Of a DNA stretch of 64,000 bases, positions 18,925-29,536 are shown piece by piece (position 1 is the stretch's first letter; each line of letters starts with the position of its first letter). The DNA comes from Minisyncoccia bacterium (GTDB lineage: Bacteria; Patescibacteriota; Minisyncoccia; UBA6257; 2-01-FULL-56-20): the NCBI GenBank assembly GCA_050015515.1, contig JBEKBG010000003.1:6871-70870 (forward strand), read 5' to 3'. The translations under genes were made by a program, and so were the position numbers. The notes under the pieces are model-generated. The model did not search any database and had not been told where the DNA came from. It saw only the letters and a program-made list of their open reading frames with translations.

Positions 18925-19671
18925 ATGTTGAACATCTCTCTCAGCGCTGAAAAAGTTTTTTCTATCGGATTGTTCCCGGTGACAAACGCCCTCCTGATGG
19001 CGTTTCTTGTTTTGGTGTTGATCGCGATCATTGCCGTCACGTTGAAGAGCAAGCTCAAGATGATCCCCGGCATGCTGCAGAATGTCGTCGAGGTGATGCT
19101 TGAAGGCGCACTCGGCCTGATGGATTCGGTATTGGGAAGCCGCAAGGAGTCGGAAAAATATTTCCCGCTCGTCTTCACGATCTTTATCTTCATCCTGATC
19201 TCGAACTGGTCCGGGCTCATCCCCGGCGTGGGATCGGTGATGATCGGCCAGGGTGCGAATGCGGTACCGCTCCTGCGGTCGCCCGCGAGCGATCTGAACT
19301 TTACCCTCGCGCTCGCGCTCATCGCCGTCACCATGGTAAACGTGTTCGCCACCTCCATCGTGGGATTGCGCGACCGCGTTTCCGTTTTTTTCAACTTTTC
19401 GAGCCCGATCAAGTTTTTTGTCGGCATACTTGAGCTTATCTCAGAATTTGCTAGAATTATCTCGTTCACGTTCCGTCTTTTCGGCAATGTGTTCGCGGGC
19501 GAGGTCCTCCTTGCCATCATGGCGCTCCTTGTGCCATATCTCGTTCCGCTCCCGTTCATGTTCCTCGAGGTATTCGTCGGATTCATCCAGGCGTTCATTT
19601 TCGGGATGCTCACTCTGATATTCGTGGCATTGGCCATCACCCCTCATGAAGGCGAGGAGGCGGGTCACTGA
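18925..19671 (+). CDS. atpB: F0F1 ATP synthase subunit a
   Basis: SNWSGLIPG, RLFGNVFAGE and IQAFIF motifs. Confidence 0.95.
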   Translation: MLNISLSAEKVFSIGLFPVTNALLMAFLVLVLIAIIAVTLKSKLKMIPGMLQNVVEVMLEGALGLMDSVLGSRKESEKYFPLVFTIFIFILISNWSGLIPGVGSVMIGQGANAVPLLRSPASDLNFTLALALIAVTMVNVFATSIVGLRDRVSVFFNFSSPIKFFVGILELISEFARIISFTFRLFGNVFAGEVLLAIMALLVPYLVPLPFMFLEVFVGFIQAFIFGMLTLIFVALAITPHEGEEAGH

Positions 19672-19723
19672 TACCATGGATGGAAAGGTCGTAGAAAAGA
19701 TCATCAACAATCACCATTATTAA

Positions 19724-19960
<237 letters not shown>

Positions 19961-20026
19961 TCGCGGAATAACGTTCGGTTCGCGCTTTCGCGCAGTACGC
20001 CTGCGGCGCACTGATAATCTATAAAC

Positions 20027-20539
20027 ATGCAGCAACTATTAAGCAACTTAGGCATCAATTGGGAGCTCCTGCTCAGTCAGGCGGTCAATTTTGCGTTGCT
20101 TCTGATCGTGCTGCGTATTTTTGTGTATAAGCCGGTGTTGAAGCTGTTGCACGATCGGCGCGAGCGGATCGAAGGGGGATTGGCGAAGGCCGACGAGGCC
20201 GAGCGCCGTCTCCACGAGGTAGATATCATTGGCGCGGGGAAGATCAAAGAAGCGGAACATGAGGCGATCAATATTTTGAAGCGAACGGAGCTGGAGGCGA
20301 AGACGCTCGAGGAGAAGCTTCTTGCCGAGGCGAAGCGCCACGAAGAGGAAGCGGTGCAGAGCGCCGCCATGCGGTTGCGCTCGCAAGAGGAAGAGTCGCG
20401 GCGCGTGTTGGAAAAGGAAGCGGCGGGGCTTGTGCGCGCCGCCATCGTGAGAACGGTCGAGCTCTCGCCGGAAAAGATCGATGACGCGCTGATCGCAAAG
20501 GCGGTCGGCGAGGCCGCACACGCCGCACACGCCGCATGA
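20027..20539 (+). CDS. atpF: ATP synthase subunit b
   Basis: LGINW..QAVNF..L...YKP..L.DRRERI pattern; operon position. Confidence 0.92.
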   Translation: MQQLLSNLGINWELLLSQAVNFALLLIVLRIFVYKPVLKLLHDRRERIEGGLAKADEAERRLHEVDIIGAGKIKEAEHEAINILKRTELEAKTLEEKLLAEAKRHEEEAVQSAAMRLRSQEEESRRVLEKEAAGLVRAAIVRTVELSPEKIDDALIAKAVGEAAHAAHAA

Positions 20540-20943
20540 AATACGCACCGCACGTGTATGCCAAGGCGCTCGTAGAGGTGCTGTCCGCGCCCGCCACCGA
20601 GTTGGGTACTGGACCGGGCAAAAAGACCGACGACGAACTCGCAAAGAATTTCCTTGCGCTCGTGCGCAAGAACGGCGACGAACGATACTTGCGGAAGATC
20701 CTCGAGGAAGCGTCGCGGTTCGCGCGCGGCAAGAGCGGCGTGCGGAAGGTGACGATAGAGTCGGCGCGCGCGCTCATACCGTCGCAAAAGACCCTGATTG
20801 CGCACTTCGTAAAGCCGGGCGACATGGTGGAGGAGCGGATCGACCCCGATCTCATCGCAGGGATCAAGATCATCCTGAACGACGAGATGCAGTTCGACGG
20901 GTCGCTGAAGAATAAATTGAACAAGGTATTAGGGAGTGCGTAG
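20536..20943 (+). CDS. atpH: ATP synthase subunit delta (short)
   Basis: IDPDLIAGIKI...DGSLKNKL C-terminal motif; operon position. Confidence 0.85.
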   Translation: MKYAPHVYAKALVEVLSAPATELGTGPGKKTDDELAKNFLALVRKNGDERYLRKILEEASRFARGKSGVRKVTIESARALIPSQKTLIAHFVKPGDMVEERIDPDLIAGIKIILNDEMQFDGSLKNKLNKVLGSA

Positions 20944-20970
20944 GCTCGTTGCCGCCATTTCAACTATCAT

Positions 20971-22497
20971 ATGTCATACGAAATAATCGAAAAATTAAAA
21001 AAGGATATCGAGGGATATAAAGAAAAGCCCGAATGGAACGAGGTCGGCCGCGTCATTGAGGTCGGCGACGGCATCGTGAAGATCCTCGGACTGCGTAATG
21101 CGGTAAGCCAGGAAGTTTTAATTATTGAAACAGTGCACGGTGAACGTCCGGCGCTCGCTTTGAATCTTGAGGAAGAATCCATCGGCGGACTCGTGCTCGG
21201 CGATTTCCTTTCCGTCGCCGTCGGCGACACCGTGCGCCGCACCGGCGATATTCTTTCCATTCCGGTAGGCGACGAACTTATTGGCCGCGTGGTGGATCCG
21301 TTGGGCGAGCCGCAGGATGGACTGGGGCCGATATTCAAGGCTGGAAATAAAACCCAGCGCAATCCTTTGGAAGCGCGCGCGCCGGGTATCTTGGAACGCG
21401 AAGGAGTCAACACCCCGCTCCACACCGGCATCAAAGCCATTGATGCACTGATCCCGATCGGTCGTGGACAGCGCGAGCTCATTATCGGCGACCGTCAGTC
21501 GGGCAAAACCGCCATCGCGCTCGATGCTATTTTGAATCAAAAGAACGACACCGGCCGCCGCACGCCAATCTGTATCTATGTGGCGATCGGGCAGAAGGAA
21601 TCCAAGGTGGTGCGCATCGCGGAGACGTTGAAAAAATTCGACTCGTTGAAATACAGCATCATCGTTTCCGCATCGGCGGGATCGCCGGCGGCAATGTGGT
21701 ATCTTGCGCCGTACGCGGGATGCGCGATCGGCGAATATTTCCGCGACAAAGGGATGGACGCGCTCATCGTCTACGACGATCTTTCCAAGCACGCATGGGC
21801 GTATCGCCAGATCTCGCTCCTGCTCCGCCGGCCGCCGGGCCGCGAAGCGTATCCGGGCGACGTATTTTACCTGCACTCCCGCTTGTTGGAGCGCTCGGCA
21901 AAACTTTCAAAGGAAAAGGGCGGGGGATCGCTTACCGCTTTGCCGATCGTCGAGACCCAACTCGGCGACGTGACGGCATACATTCCGACGAACATCATCT
22001 CCATCACTGACGGCCAGATCTATCTCGAGACGGATCTTTTCAACCAGGGTCAGCGCCCGGCGCTGAACGTCGGCATCTCGGTGTCGCGTGTCGGTTCCGC
22101 CGCGCAGACGAAGGCGATGAAGAAAGTGGCGGGCAAGCTCAAACTCGCGCACGCACAATTCCGCGAGCTCCAGGCGTTCGCGCAGTTTGCCACCGACGTG
22201 GACGAGGCCACGCGCAAGAAGATCTTGCAGGGCCAGAAGATCAACGAGATCCTCAAGCAGGACGACCAAGCGCCGCTCCCGATCGAGGTGCAGGTGTGCA
22301 TGTTCTACGCCGTGCTTAATAATTACTTCGAGGGCGTTGCCGTGGAGGAGGTCAGGAAGAAGCAGAACGAACTCATTGATTACCTTTCCACGTTACACGA
22401 AGAAGATATTCTGAAGCCGATCCGTGAGACGGGATTGTTCGATGAGATCGTCGAGAATAAATTAAAGGAGGCACTCACGCACTTCCTCGTAAAATAA
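20971..22497 (+). CDS. atpA: ATP synthase subunit alpha
   Basis: GDRQSGKT and RRPPGREAYPGDVFYLHSRLLER motifs. Confidence 0.98.
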   Translation: MSYEIIEKLKKDIEGYKEKPEWNEVGRVIEVGDGIVKILGLRNAVSQEVLIIETVHGERPALALNLEEESIGGLVLGDFLSVAVGDTVRRTGDILSIPVGDELIGRVVDPLGEPQDGLGPIFKAGNKTQRNPLEARAPGILEREGVNTPLHTGIKAIDALIPIGRGQRELIIGDRQSGKTAIALDAILNQKNDTGRRTPICIYVAIGQKESKVVRIAETLKKFDSLKYSIIVSASAGSPAAMWYLAPYAGCAIGEYFRDKGMDALIVYDDLSKHAWAYRQISLLLRRPPGREAYPGDVFYLHSRLLERSAKLSKEKGGGSLTALPIVETQLGDVTAYIPTNIISITDGQIYLETDLFNQGQRPALNVGISVSRVGSAAQTKAMKKVAGKLKLAHAQFRELQAFAQFATDVDEATRKKILQGQKINEILKQDDQAPLPIEVQVCMFYAVLNNYFEGVAVEEVRKKQNELIDYLSTLHEEDILKPIRETGLFDEIVENKLKEALTHFLVK

Positions 22498-22519
22498 TCG
22501 CGCACGCGTAAACGACACC

Positions 22520-23455
22520 ATGGAATCCGGACAGAGCCTCAAGCGACGCATGAAGAGCGTCCAGAATATCGGGCAGATCACGAAGGCGATGGAGCTCGTC
22601 TCTGCCACGAAGATGCGCAAAAGCCAGGAGCTCGCGCTCAGTTCGCGTCCGTACGCGTACGCCGCGTTGCAGCTGCTCGGTATTTTATCGTCGCTCAAGG
22701 ACGTGCCGACGCCCGCAATATTCCAAAAGCGCACGGTGGAGAAAGAGGCGTTCCTCTTGATGATGTCCGACCGCGGCCTCGCCGGTTCGTTCAACGGCGC
22801 GGTCACCCGCGAGTTCGAGAAGTATATGAAAGCGAATAAGATCGATATCCTCGACCCGCGCTATTCGTTCATCGCCATCGGGCAGAAGGCAAAGAGCTAT
22901 CTCGAGCGCCGCAAGGCGCACGTGATTGCATCGTTCAATCGCGTCGGCGACGTCAGCAACATCCTGGAGGCGGAACCGATCGCGGACTTTTTGATCGACG
23001 GCTACGCGCGCCGCGATTTTGACAGTGTCATCGCGTTCTTTACCACATTCGTCACCGCACTCCGGCAGGATCCCGTCGTGCGCGAATTTTTGCCGGTGAG
23101 CTACGACACGATCAAGCAGTCGGTAGAGGAAACGATTCCGCGTGCGGGCCGGTATGCTGATTATGCAAAATCGGAGACATTTTTGGATGGCAAAGAAAAG
23201 GAATATATTATCGAGCCGTCGCCGAAGGAGGTCCTGGACGAGCTTGCGCCGAAGTTGTTGAAGATCCGTTTGTATCACGCCATCCTCGAGGCGAATGCCT
23301 CCGAACATTCCGCGCGACGCGTGGCGATGAAGAACGCGTCGGACAACGCTTCGGAGCTTTCCGAGTCGCTTACCATGAGCTACAACAAATCACGCCAGGC
23401 GGCGATCACGAACCAGATCATCGAGATCACGAGCGGGGCGCAATCGTTGCAATAG
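22520..23455 (+). CDS. atpG: ATP synthase subunit gamma
   Basis: ITKAMELVS, SDRGLAGSFN, SEHSARRVAMKNASDNA and RQAAIT motifs. Confidence 0.97.
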   Translation: MESGQSLKRRMKSVQNIGQITKAMELVSATKMRKSQELALSSRPYAYAALQLLGILSSLKDVPTPAIFQKRTVEKEAFLLMMSDRGLAGSFNGAVTREFEKYMKANKIDILDPRYSFIAIGQKAKSYLERRKAHVIASFNRVGDVSNILEAEPIADFLIDGYARRDFDSVIAFFTTFVTALRQDPVVREFLPVSYDTIKQSVEETIPRAGRYADYAKSETFLDGKEKEYIIEPSPKEVLDELAPKLLKIRLYHAILEANASEHSARRVAMKNASDNASELSESLTMSYNKSRQAAITNQIIEITSGAQSLQ

Positions 23456-23580
23456 CAAAATCCTCTTAGGATTATCTTTTCGGGGACGGGTCGCGTTCTG
23501 CTGAACGCGCCCTAACGCTCGGCACCTTCGTGCCTCCGCGATTCCCCTCAAAGACAATCCTAAGAGGATTTTACTACTGC
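23449..23580. repeat. 72-bp structured core (copy A, 23479-23550) flanked by 30-bp locus-specific inverted arms
   Basis: Core is the exact reverse complement of 52506-52577; arms 23449-23478 and 23551-23580 match at 27/30. Confidence 0.95.
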
Positions 23581-23603
23581 AGCGATATGCTAATATTAAG
23601 GTA

Positions 23604-24647
23604 ATGAATAGGCGAGGCTCTGTGATGCTCGTGGTCGTACTGATTATAGTGGCTGTTTTGGTTGCTGCGGGTGGGATTTGGTATTGGGAGGTTCACAAAT
23701 CCTCAAGCCCGATCGTTGCGGACAATAATACCGTCGCTGCAAGTAGTAGCAACAGTCAGGCTGATTCCGGTTCCACAAATTTAGGATTGGCGACCTATCA
23801 AGACCCTGAGTTCGGTTATTCGTTTGAATATCCATCGAGCTCTGATTACAGTATTCGAACCGAAGGCGCGCACGACTTTGCCATCGTCCAAGCGGACTCA
23901 ACGGGACAATACGCAGCTCATTATGTGTACGCAGGTGACTACACCTATTTTATATCTAGCCAATCAGAGGTTGATGCATATCTTAATAAGGAAAACGAAT
24001 CCTATCCTTACAGTGGAACGGAAACCATCAATGGCAATCTTTGGAAAATATACGGGAATAGTTCTAGCAACGAAATCCAATATGTCTCTTATAACGATGG
24101 GCTTCTTGTGACGTTGCGCAGTACCGATTCTATTGCAAGCTCCTCTTTCTCTCCCCTAGGGGATATTTTAAACACATTTCAATTTGCGAAATCGGCCGTC
24201 AATCGCATAGATACTGTCTTTAATAATCTCAAGGTGGGTGATGCGGTAAATGGAAATATTATAAATTCAATTCAGCAGGGCTCTGGACCTGAGTCGCAAC
24301 GTGGTCAACCTTTATCTGGTATCCAGACAGTAGTGGGATTTGCCGGATCGTTCACTTTAACTGGTTCTATTCAAACCGAAGATAATCCTAATGGTGATGG
24401 TCCTCTGGTGAGTTTTTTGCCGGACACTTTGGGGCTGGCGCAACTCCCACTGCTCTCAACGTCATCCATTGTGTTGGATGCAAATATTTCAGTTGGAAAT
24501 ACCTCACCCATTTTTGCTACTTTTCCAAATTTGGGAAATACTGTTCAATCAGAAACGACCACAATAGTTATAAATAATTTTCAAGAGACGCTTACTAGCA
24601 ATGGAGTAATCGAGCTTGCCGGCGAATTTGTAAAGGCGTCTCCTTAA
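23604..24647 (+). CDS. Secreted/membrane-anchored protein with a PsbP-like motif
   Basis: MNRRG plus hydrophobic N-terminus; TYQDPEFGYSFEYPS motif; AT-rich. Confidence 0.7.
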   Translation: MNRRGSVMLVVVLIIVAVLVAAGGIWYWEVHKSSSPIVADNNTVAASSSNSQADSGSTNLGLATYQDPEFGYSFEYPSSSDYSIRTEGAHDFAIVQADSTGQYAAHYVYAGDYTYFISSQSEVDAYLNKENESYPYSGTETINGNLWKIYGNSSSNEIQYVSYNDGLLVTLRSTDSIASSSFSPLGDILNTFQFAKSAVNRIDTVFNNLKVGDAVNGNIINSIQQGSGPESQRGQPLSGIQTVVGFAGSFTLTGSIQTEDNPNGDGPLVSFLPDTLGLAQLPLLSTSSIVLDANISVGNTSPIFATFPNLGNTVQSETTTIVINNFQETLTSNGVIELAGEFVKASP

Positions 24648-24704
24648 CAATATTTTTTGCCGATTACGAAGACAGTTCTATTGAGTGCGGATTTGGCTTG
24701 AAAG

Positions 24705-25002
24705 TGAAATCTTTCCGATCCTTCACGCTGGAAACAACCGGGATGACTGGGTTAGGGCCTTACCCGGAGCTATGCGCGGTGTGGTACTACCCCTTTGATT
24801 GTTATCAGTCAGGAGTTGCGCCTCGTACTCTCCCTCCTCCTGCCTCAAGCACTTGCTCGTTGGCTTAGACGGTGGCGTTTCAGCCGCCGGCGTCAGGTGT
24901 TCGGAATCACCCTACTAGCCACGGGGGAGATGCCTTATCCCATACCACGGGGATTGTTCAGCCATTATTTCCAGCGTGAAAGATCCGAAAAACTTTTGAA
25001 CT
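24705..25002 (-). ncRNA. Candidate large structured non-coding RNA (~300 nt)
   Basis: Minus-strand promoter TTGACT-N16-TACACT (25035-25008); ~35-bp closing stem whose mismatches are mostly G-U on the minus strand; many internal hairpins; no credible ORF. Confidence 0.65.
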
Positions 25003-25122
25003 CCTTAAGTGTAGTGCGAGAAAAATTTTAGTCAAAAAGTTTTTCATGATTTTTTAATGTTTTGAAAATCGCTCAAAATTGGTTTAGATCTTTTTAATTT
25101 GCGCTTGCTATGCTTGGTGGAA

Positions 25123-25509
25123 ATGAAAAAAGATTTTGATGGCTGGAACATTCAGAAAGAAATTTTGCATAATAATTTTAGTATCCCTTTTTACAAAGAG
25201 CGCGATATCTGGTTTTGTTATTTAGGAGTAAATATCGGTCGTGAGGAGGATGGCAGTCCATCCACATTTCTTCGCCCAGTCGTTGTTTTGAGGAAATTCA
25301 AAAATGGCACCTTCTTTGGTGTTCCACTCACGCATACGCCACGATTTGGGAGAAATTATTTTACGGTCATCGACCGCCACGGGACAAGCTTCGCCATGCT
25401 TGCGCAAGGACGTATTCTAGATGGAAGAAGACTTTATTATCGATCGAGGGTTATGCCCCAAAATGATTTCGAATCACTGAAGTTGCGCTTTCTTTTGGGC
25501 ATTCTTTAA
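25123..25509 (+). CDS. PemK/MazF-family toxin (orphan)
   Basis: RDIWFCYLGVNIGREEDG...RPVVVL...GVPLT and Q.RILD..RL pattern of the MazF/Kid fold. Confidence 0.8.
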   Translation: MKKDFDGWNIQKEILHNNFSIPFYKERDIWFCYLGVNIGREEDGSPSTFLRPVVVLRKFKNGTFFGVPLTHTPRFGRNYFTVIDRHGTSFAMLAQGRILDGRRLYYRSRVMPQNDFESLKLRFLLGIL

Positions 25510-25572
25510 AAATTAACCCCCGTCGCGAGGACGGGGTCGGCCCGAAGGCAAAAGGGTCTCACGGACCCTGCC
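25505..25572 (-). ncRNA. Candidate antisense small RNA convergent with the MazF-like toxin
   Basis: TTGACG-N16-TATCCT (25603-25576); hairpin GGGTC-CGTGA-GACCC; terminator CCCCGTC-CTCGC-GACGGGG followed by a U-rich tail. Confidence 0.5.
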
Positions 25573-25649
25573 TTAAGGATACCCTTTCGCTAGAGCACGT
25601 CAAATAACCTTTAATGATTTTTTAATATGGTATTTCTATAATGATAGTT

Positions 25650-27285
<1,636 letters not shown>

Positions 27286-27302
27286 TTTCGCGCGAAATCT
27301 TC

Positions 27303-27551
27303 ATGAAACTTGGCGTTTACTCATTAAAGAAAGTGTTGTTCCAGGGCGATGCCAAGTCGGTGAATTGCAATACGCGCTCCGGCGAGATCACCATCTTGGA
27401 CAATCACGAGCCGCTCATCTCTATCCTGGAGAAGGGGACGATGACGATCGTTGATGCAGAAGGGAAGGAGGTTTTCATCCCTGTCAGTTCCGGATTTTTG
27501 GAAGTTGACTCGGGCAGCCAGGCGAAGATCCTCGTGGAGCAGGAGAAATAA
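27303..27551 (+). CDS. atpC: ATP synthase subunit epsilon (N-terminal beta domain only)
   Basis: GEITILDNHEPLISIL and SSGFLEV motifs; 82 aa. Confidence 0.88.
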   Translation: MKLGVYSLKKVLFQGDAKSVNCNTRSGEITILDNHEPLISILEKGTMTIVDAEGKEVFIPVSSGFLEVDSGSQAKILVEQEK

Positions 27552-27557
27552 AAAACT

Positions 27558-28016
27558 ATGGCAGCGGAACCGCTTGTTAAATTTGAATCGTCAAAAGAAC
27601 ATTATGCCGCGAATGCGTGCGTCGTGTGGTGCTTCGATGACCGTTTTTATAAATTATTAAAAGCATTTGGCAAACAGGAGGGATTTGCCCATATTGATCT
27701 CGTAAAGATCGCCGGCGGTGCGAAGGCGCTCGCGTCCACGGCCGGTGCGTCGCCCGACCGTGATTTCGTTTTGAACCAGATCAAGGCGTCCGTGCGGCTT
27801 CACGGTACCAAGCGCGTGGTGTTGATGCTCCACCGCGATTGCGGCGCCTACGGTGGTTCGAAAAGTTTTGCCGATGCCGATGCGGAAAAAGCGGAGCTTA
27901 TCAAGCAGTTGCATCAGGCGCAGGATCTGGTGAAGAAAGAATTGCGCGATGTGGATGGACTGGTGGTGGATACATGCTTTGCGGATTTTGACGGGCTGTA
28001 CATGTGTACGATCTAA
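27558..28016 (+). CDS. Beta-carbonic anhydrase-like protein
   Basis: C-x-D-x-R (CFDDR), AGG and H-x-x-C (HRDCGAY) zinc ligands. Confidence 0.75.
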   Translation: MAAEPLVKFESSKEHYAANACVVWCFDDRFYKLLKAFGKQEGFAHIDLVKIAGGAKALASTAGASPDRDFVLNQIKASVRLHGTKRVVLMLHRDCGAYGGSKSFADADAEKAELIKQLHQAQDLVKKELRDVDGLVVDTCFADFDGLYMCTI

Positions 28017-28084
28017 GAAAGCGCTAGACATTCTTTTTAAATAGAGTATACTTTCCTACGGTTCATCAAAATCGTGAGGGAAAA

Positions 28085-28654
28085 ATGTCCGCAAAGCTTT
28101 CCGAGAGAGACGAGAAGCTCATCAAGGAGCTGATCAAGGCGAGGGTGCTTCAGGATATACAAGAGCATCTCATCGACCAGGGCAACGGGGTGATATTGAT
28201 AACGTGTTCCGACGGGGATCGGTTTCCCGAAATCTTTTTGCATCAAGTTCGCTTACAGGAAAAATGTCGACCTGACCCGCGAATCCATACGCTGGCATGG
28301 AATGGCGGCGCATTGGCGTGCGCGCCCAATTCGCCGATCAACAAGAGCAATGGCGATGAGCAAATATTCCTCGACCAGATCGCCGGCGCGCGTGAGTTGA
28401 AGAAGATCGATCAGGCGGTGGCGGAGGTGCATTGGCCTTGCGGAATGGCAACTCGTTTTCATTTGGCCATCGAAGAAGTACTCGCACTTCTCGTCGCCGC
28501 CAAGGACGAGATCAAGCTATACAATCCTGGCATGAAGGTAGCATGCTTTTTCCCCGTGGATTTCGGCACCAAACAGCGCACATTCTTCTTTTCCCGCAGA
28601 GATTGGAAGATCTGGGCGGACCGTCATGGGGTTATCTACCATGCGGGCTGTTAG
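28085..28654 (+). CDS. Second, divergent beta-carbonic anhydrase-like protein
   Basis: CSDGDR, NGG and HWPCG motifs. Confidence 0.55.
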   Translation: MSAKLSERDEKLIKELIKARVLQDIQEHLIDQGNGVILITCSDGDRFPEIFLHQVRLQEKCRPDPRIHTLAWNGGALACAPNSPINKSNGDEQIFLDQIAGARELKKIDQAVAEVHWPCGMATRFHLAIEEVLALLVAAKDEIKLYNPGMKVACFFPVDFGTKQRTFFFSRRDWKIWADRHGVIYHAGC

Positions 28655-28665
28655 GTGAGTTAGTG

Positions 28666-28695
28666 GCGGACCCAAGCTATCGGGTCCGTTTTTTT
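28666..28695 (+). terminator. Rho-independent terminator
   Basis: GCGGACCC-N8-GGGTCCGT followed by a T-tract. Confidence 0.8.
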
Positions 28696-28738
28696 ATCTT
28701 TCGACAACGCGCTGAGGGGTGCGATATAATAGTGGTAT

Positions 28739-29017
28739 ATGAAAAAGCATCCGCCAAAATCCTTCACCGAAAAAGTCTACGCTGTCGTCGCGAAGATCCC
28801 GCGCGGGAGCACGATGACGTACCAAGAGGTCGCGCGCCGCGCCGGGCGGCCGAACGCATATCGCGCGGTAGGGAACATCATGCATAACAATCCGGACACC
28901 GCGAAAGTGCCGTGCCATCGCGTGGTGCGCTCCGACTGCACGCCGGGCGGCTACGCGCGCGGCATGCGCCGCAAAATAGCGATCCTGCGCCGTGAAGGGG
29001 CGTGGCCGCTCAAGTAG
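28739..29017 (+). CDS. MGMT family protein (O6-methylguanine-DNA methyltransferase C-terminal domain)
   Basis: IPRGSTMTY.EVA, RAVG and PCHRVV active-site Cys. Confidence 0.9.
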   Translation: MKKHPPKSFTEKVYAVVAKIPRGSTMTYQEVARRAGRPNAYRAVGNIMHNNPDTAKVPCHRVVRSDCTPGGYARGMRRKIAILRREGAWPLK

Positions 29018-29049
29018 CGCCGCCATGGTGCCTTTGGTATAATAGAGGC

Positions 29050-29532
29050 ATGAACGCTTTGGCCGCCCTGAAAGTATTGGTCATCGTATTCGCCGTGATC
29101 ATCATCGTCCTATTCGGTGTACTTTTTTTCTATAATCCCGCGAAGGCGCCGCAGCTCCCGCCGGACAACGTCGTCGGTGCAAAGATACTCCAGCCGACGA
29201 TGTCCGCGGACGGGCATCTTGGCGTGACGGCTCCGCAAGCGGGCGCGTTGATCGCATCGCCAGCCACCATCATCGGCACCATCACGGACGGCGGCTGGTT
29301 CTTTGAGGGATCGTTCCCGGTAAAGATCGTGGACAGCAACGGCGCGGTCATTGGGCGCGGCGTCGCGCAGGCGCAGTCCGACTGGACGTCCACGAGCTCG
29401 GTGCCGTTCACCGCAATCGTGCAGTTCAGCGCGCCGCACGGCGCCACGGGCACCGTAGTGCTCTCCAAGGATAATCCCTCCGGCGCGCCGCAGAACGACC
29501 TATCACTCACCATCCCGGTAAGGTTTAAATAA
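29050..29532 (+). CDS. Gmad2 immunoglobulin-like domain protein
   Basis: N-terminal TM; WFFEGSFPVKIVD and KDNPSG motifs. Confidence 0.8.
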   Translation: MNALAALKVLVIVFAVIIIVLFGVLFFYNPAKAPQLPPDNVVGAKILQPTMSADGHLGVTAPQAGALIASPATIIGTITDGGWFFEGSFPVKIVDSNGAVIGRGVAQAQSDWTSTSSVPFTAIVQFSAPHGATGTVVLSKDNPSGAPQNDLSLTIPVRFK

Positions 29533-29536
29533 AAAC

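Noticed and set aside
24705-25002. RNase P, tmRNA, SRP or retron msr-msd identity for the large RNA
   Set aside because: No GAGGAAAGUCC/P4, no tRNA-Ala-like ends, no SRP GGAA-loop domain, and no reverse transcriptase in the window
24795-25031. 78-aa + strand ORF in the ORF track
   Set aside because: TTG start, no recognisable features, and it lies over the structured RNA and its promoter
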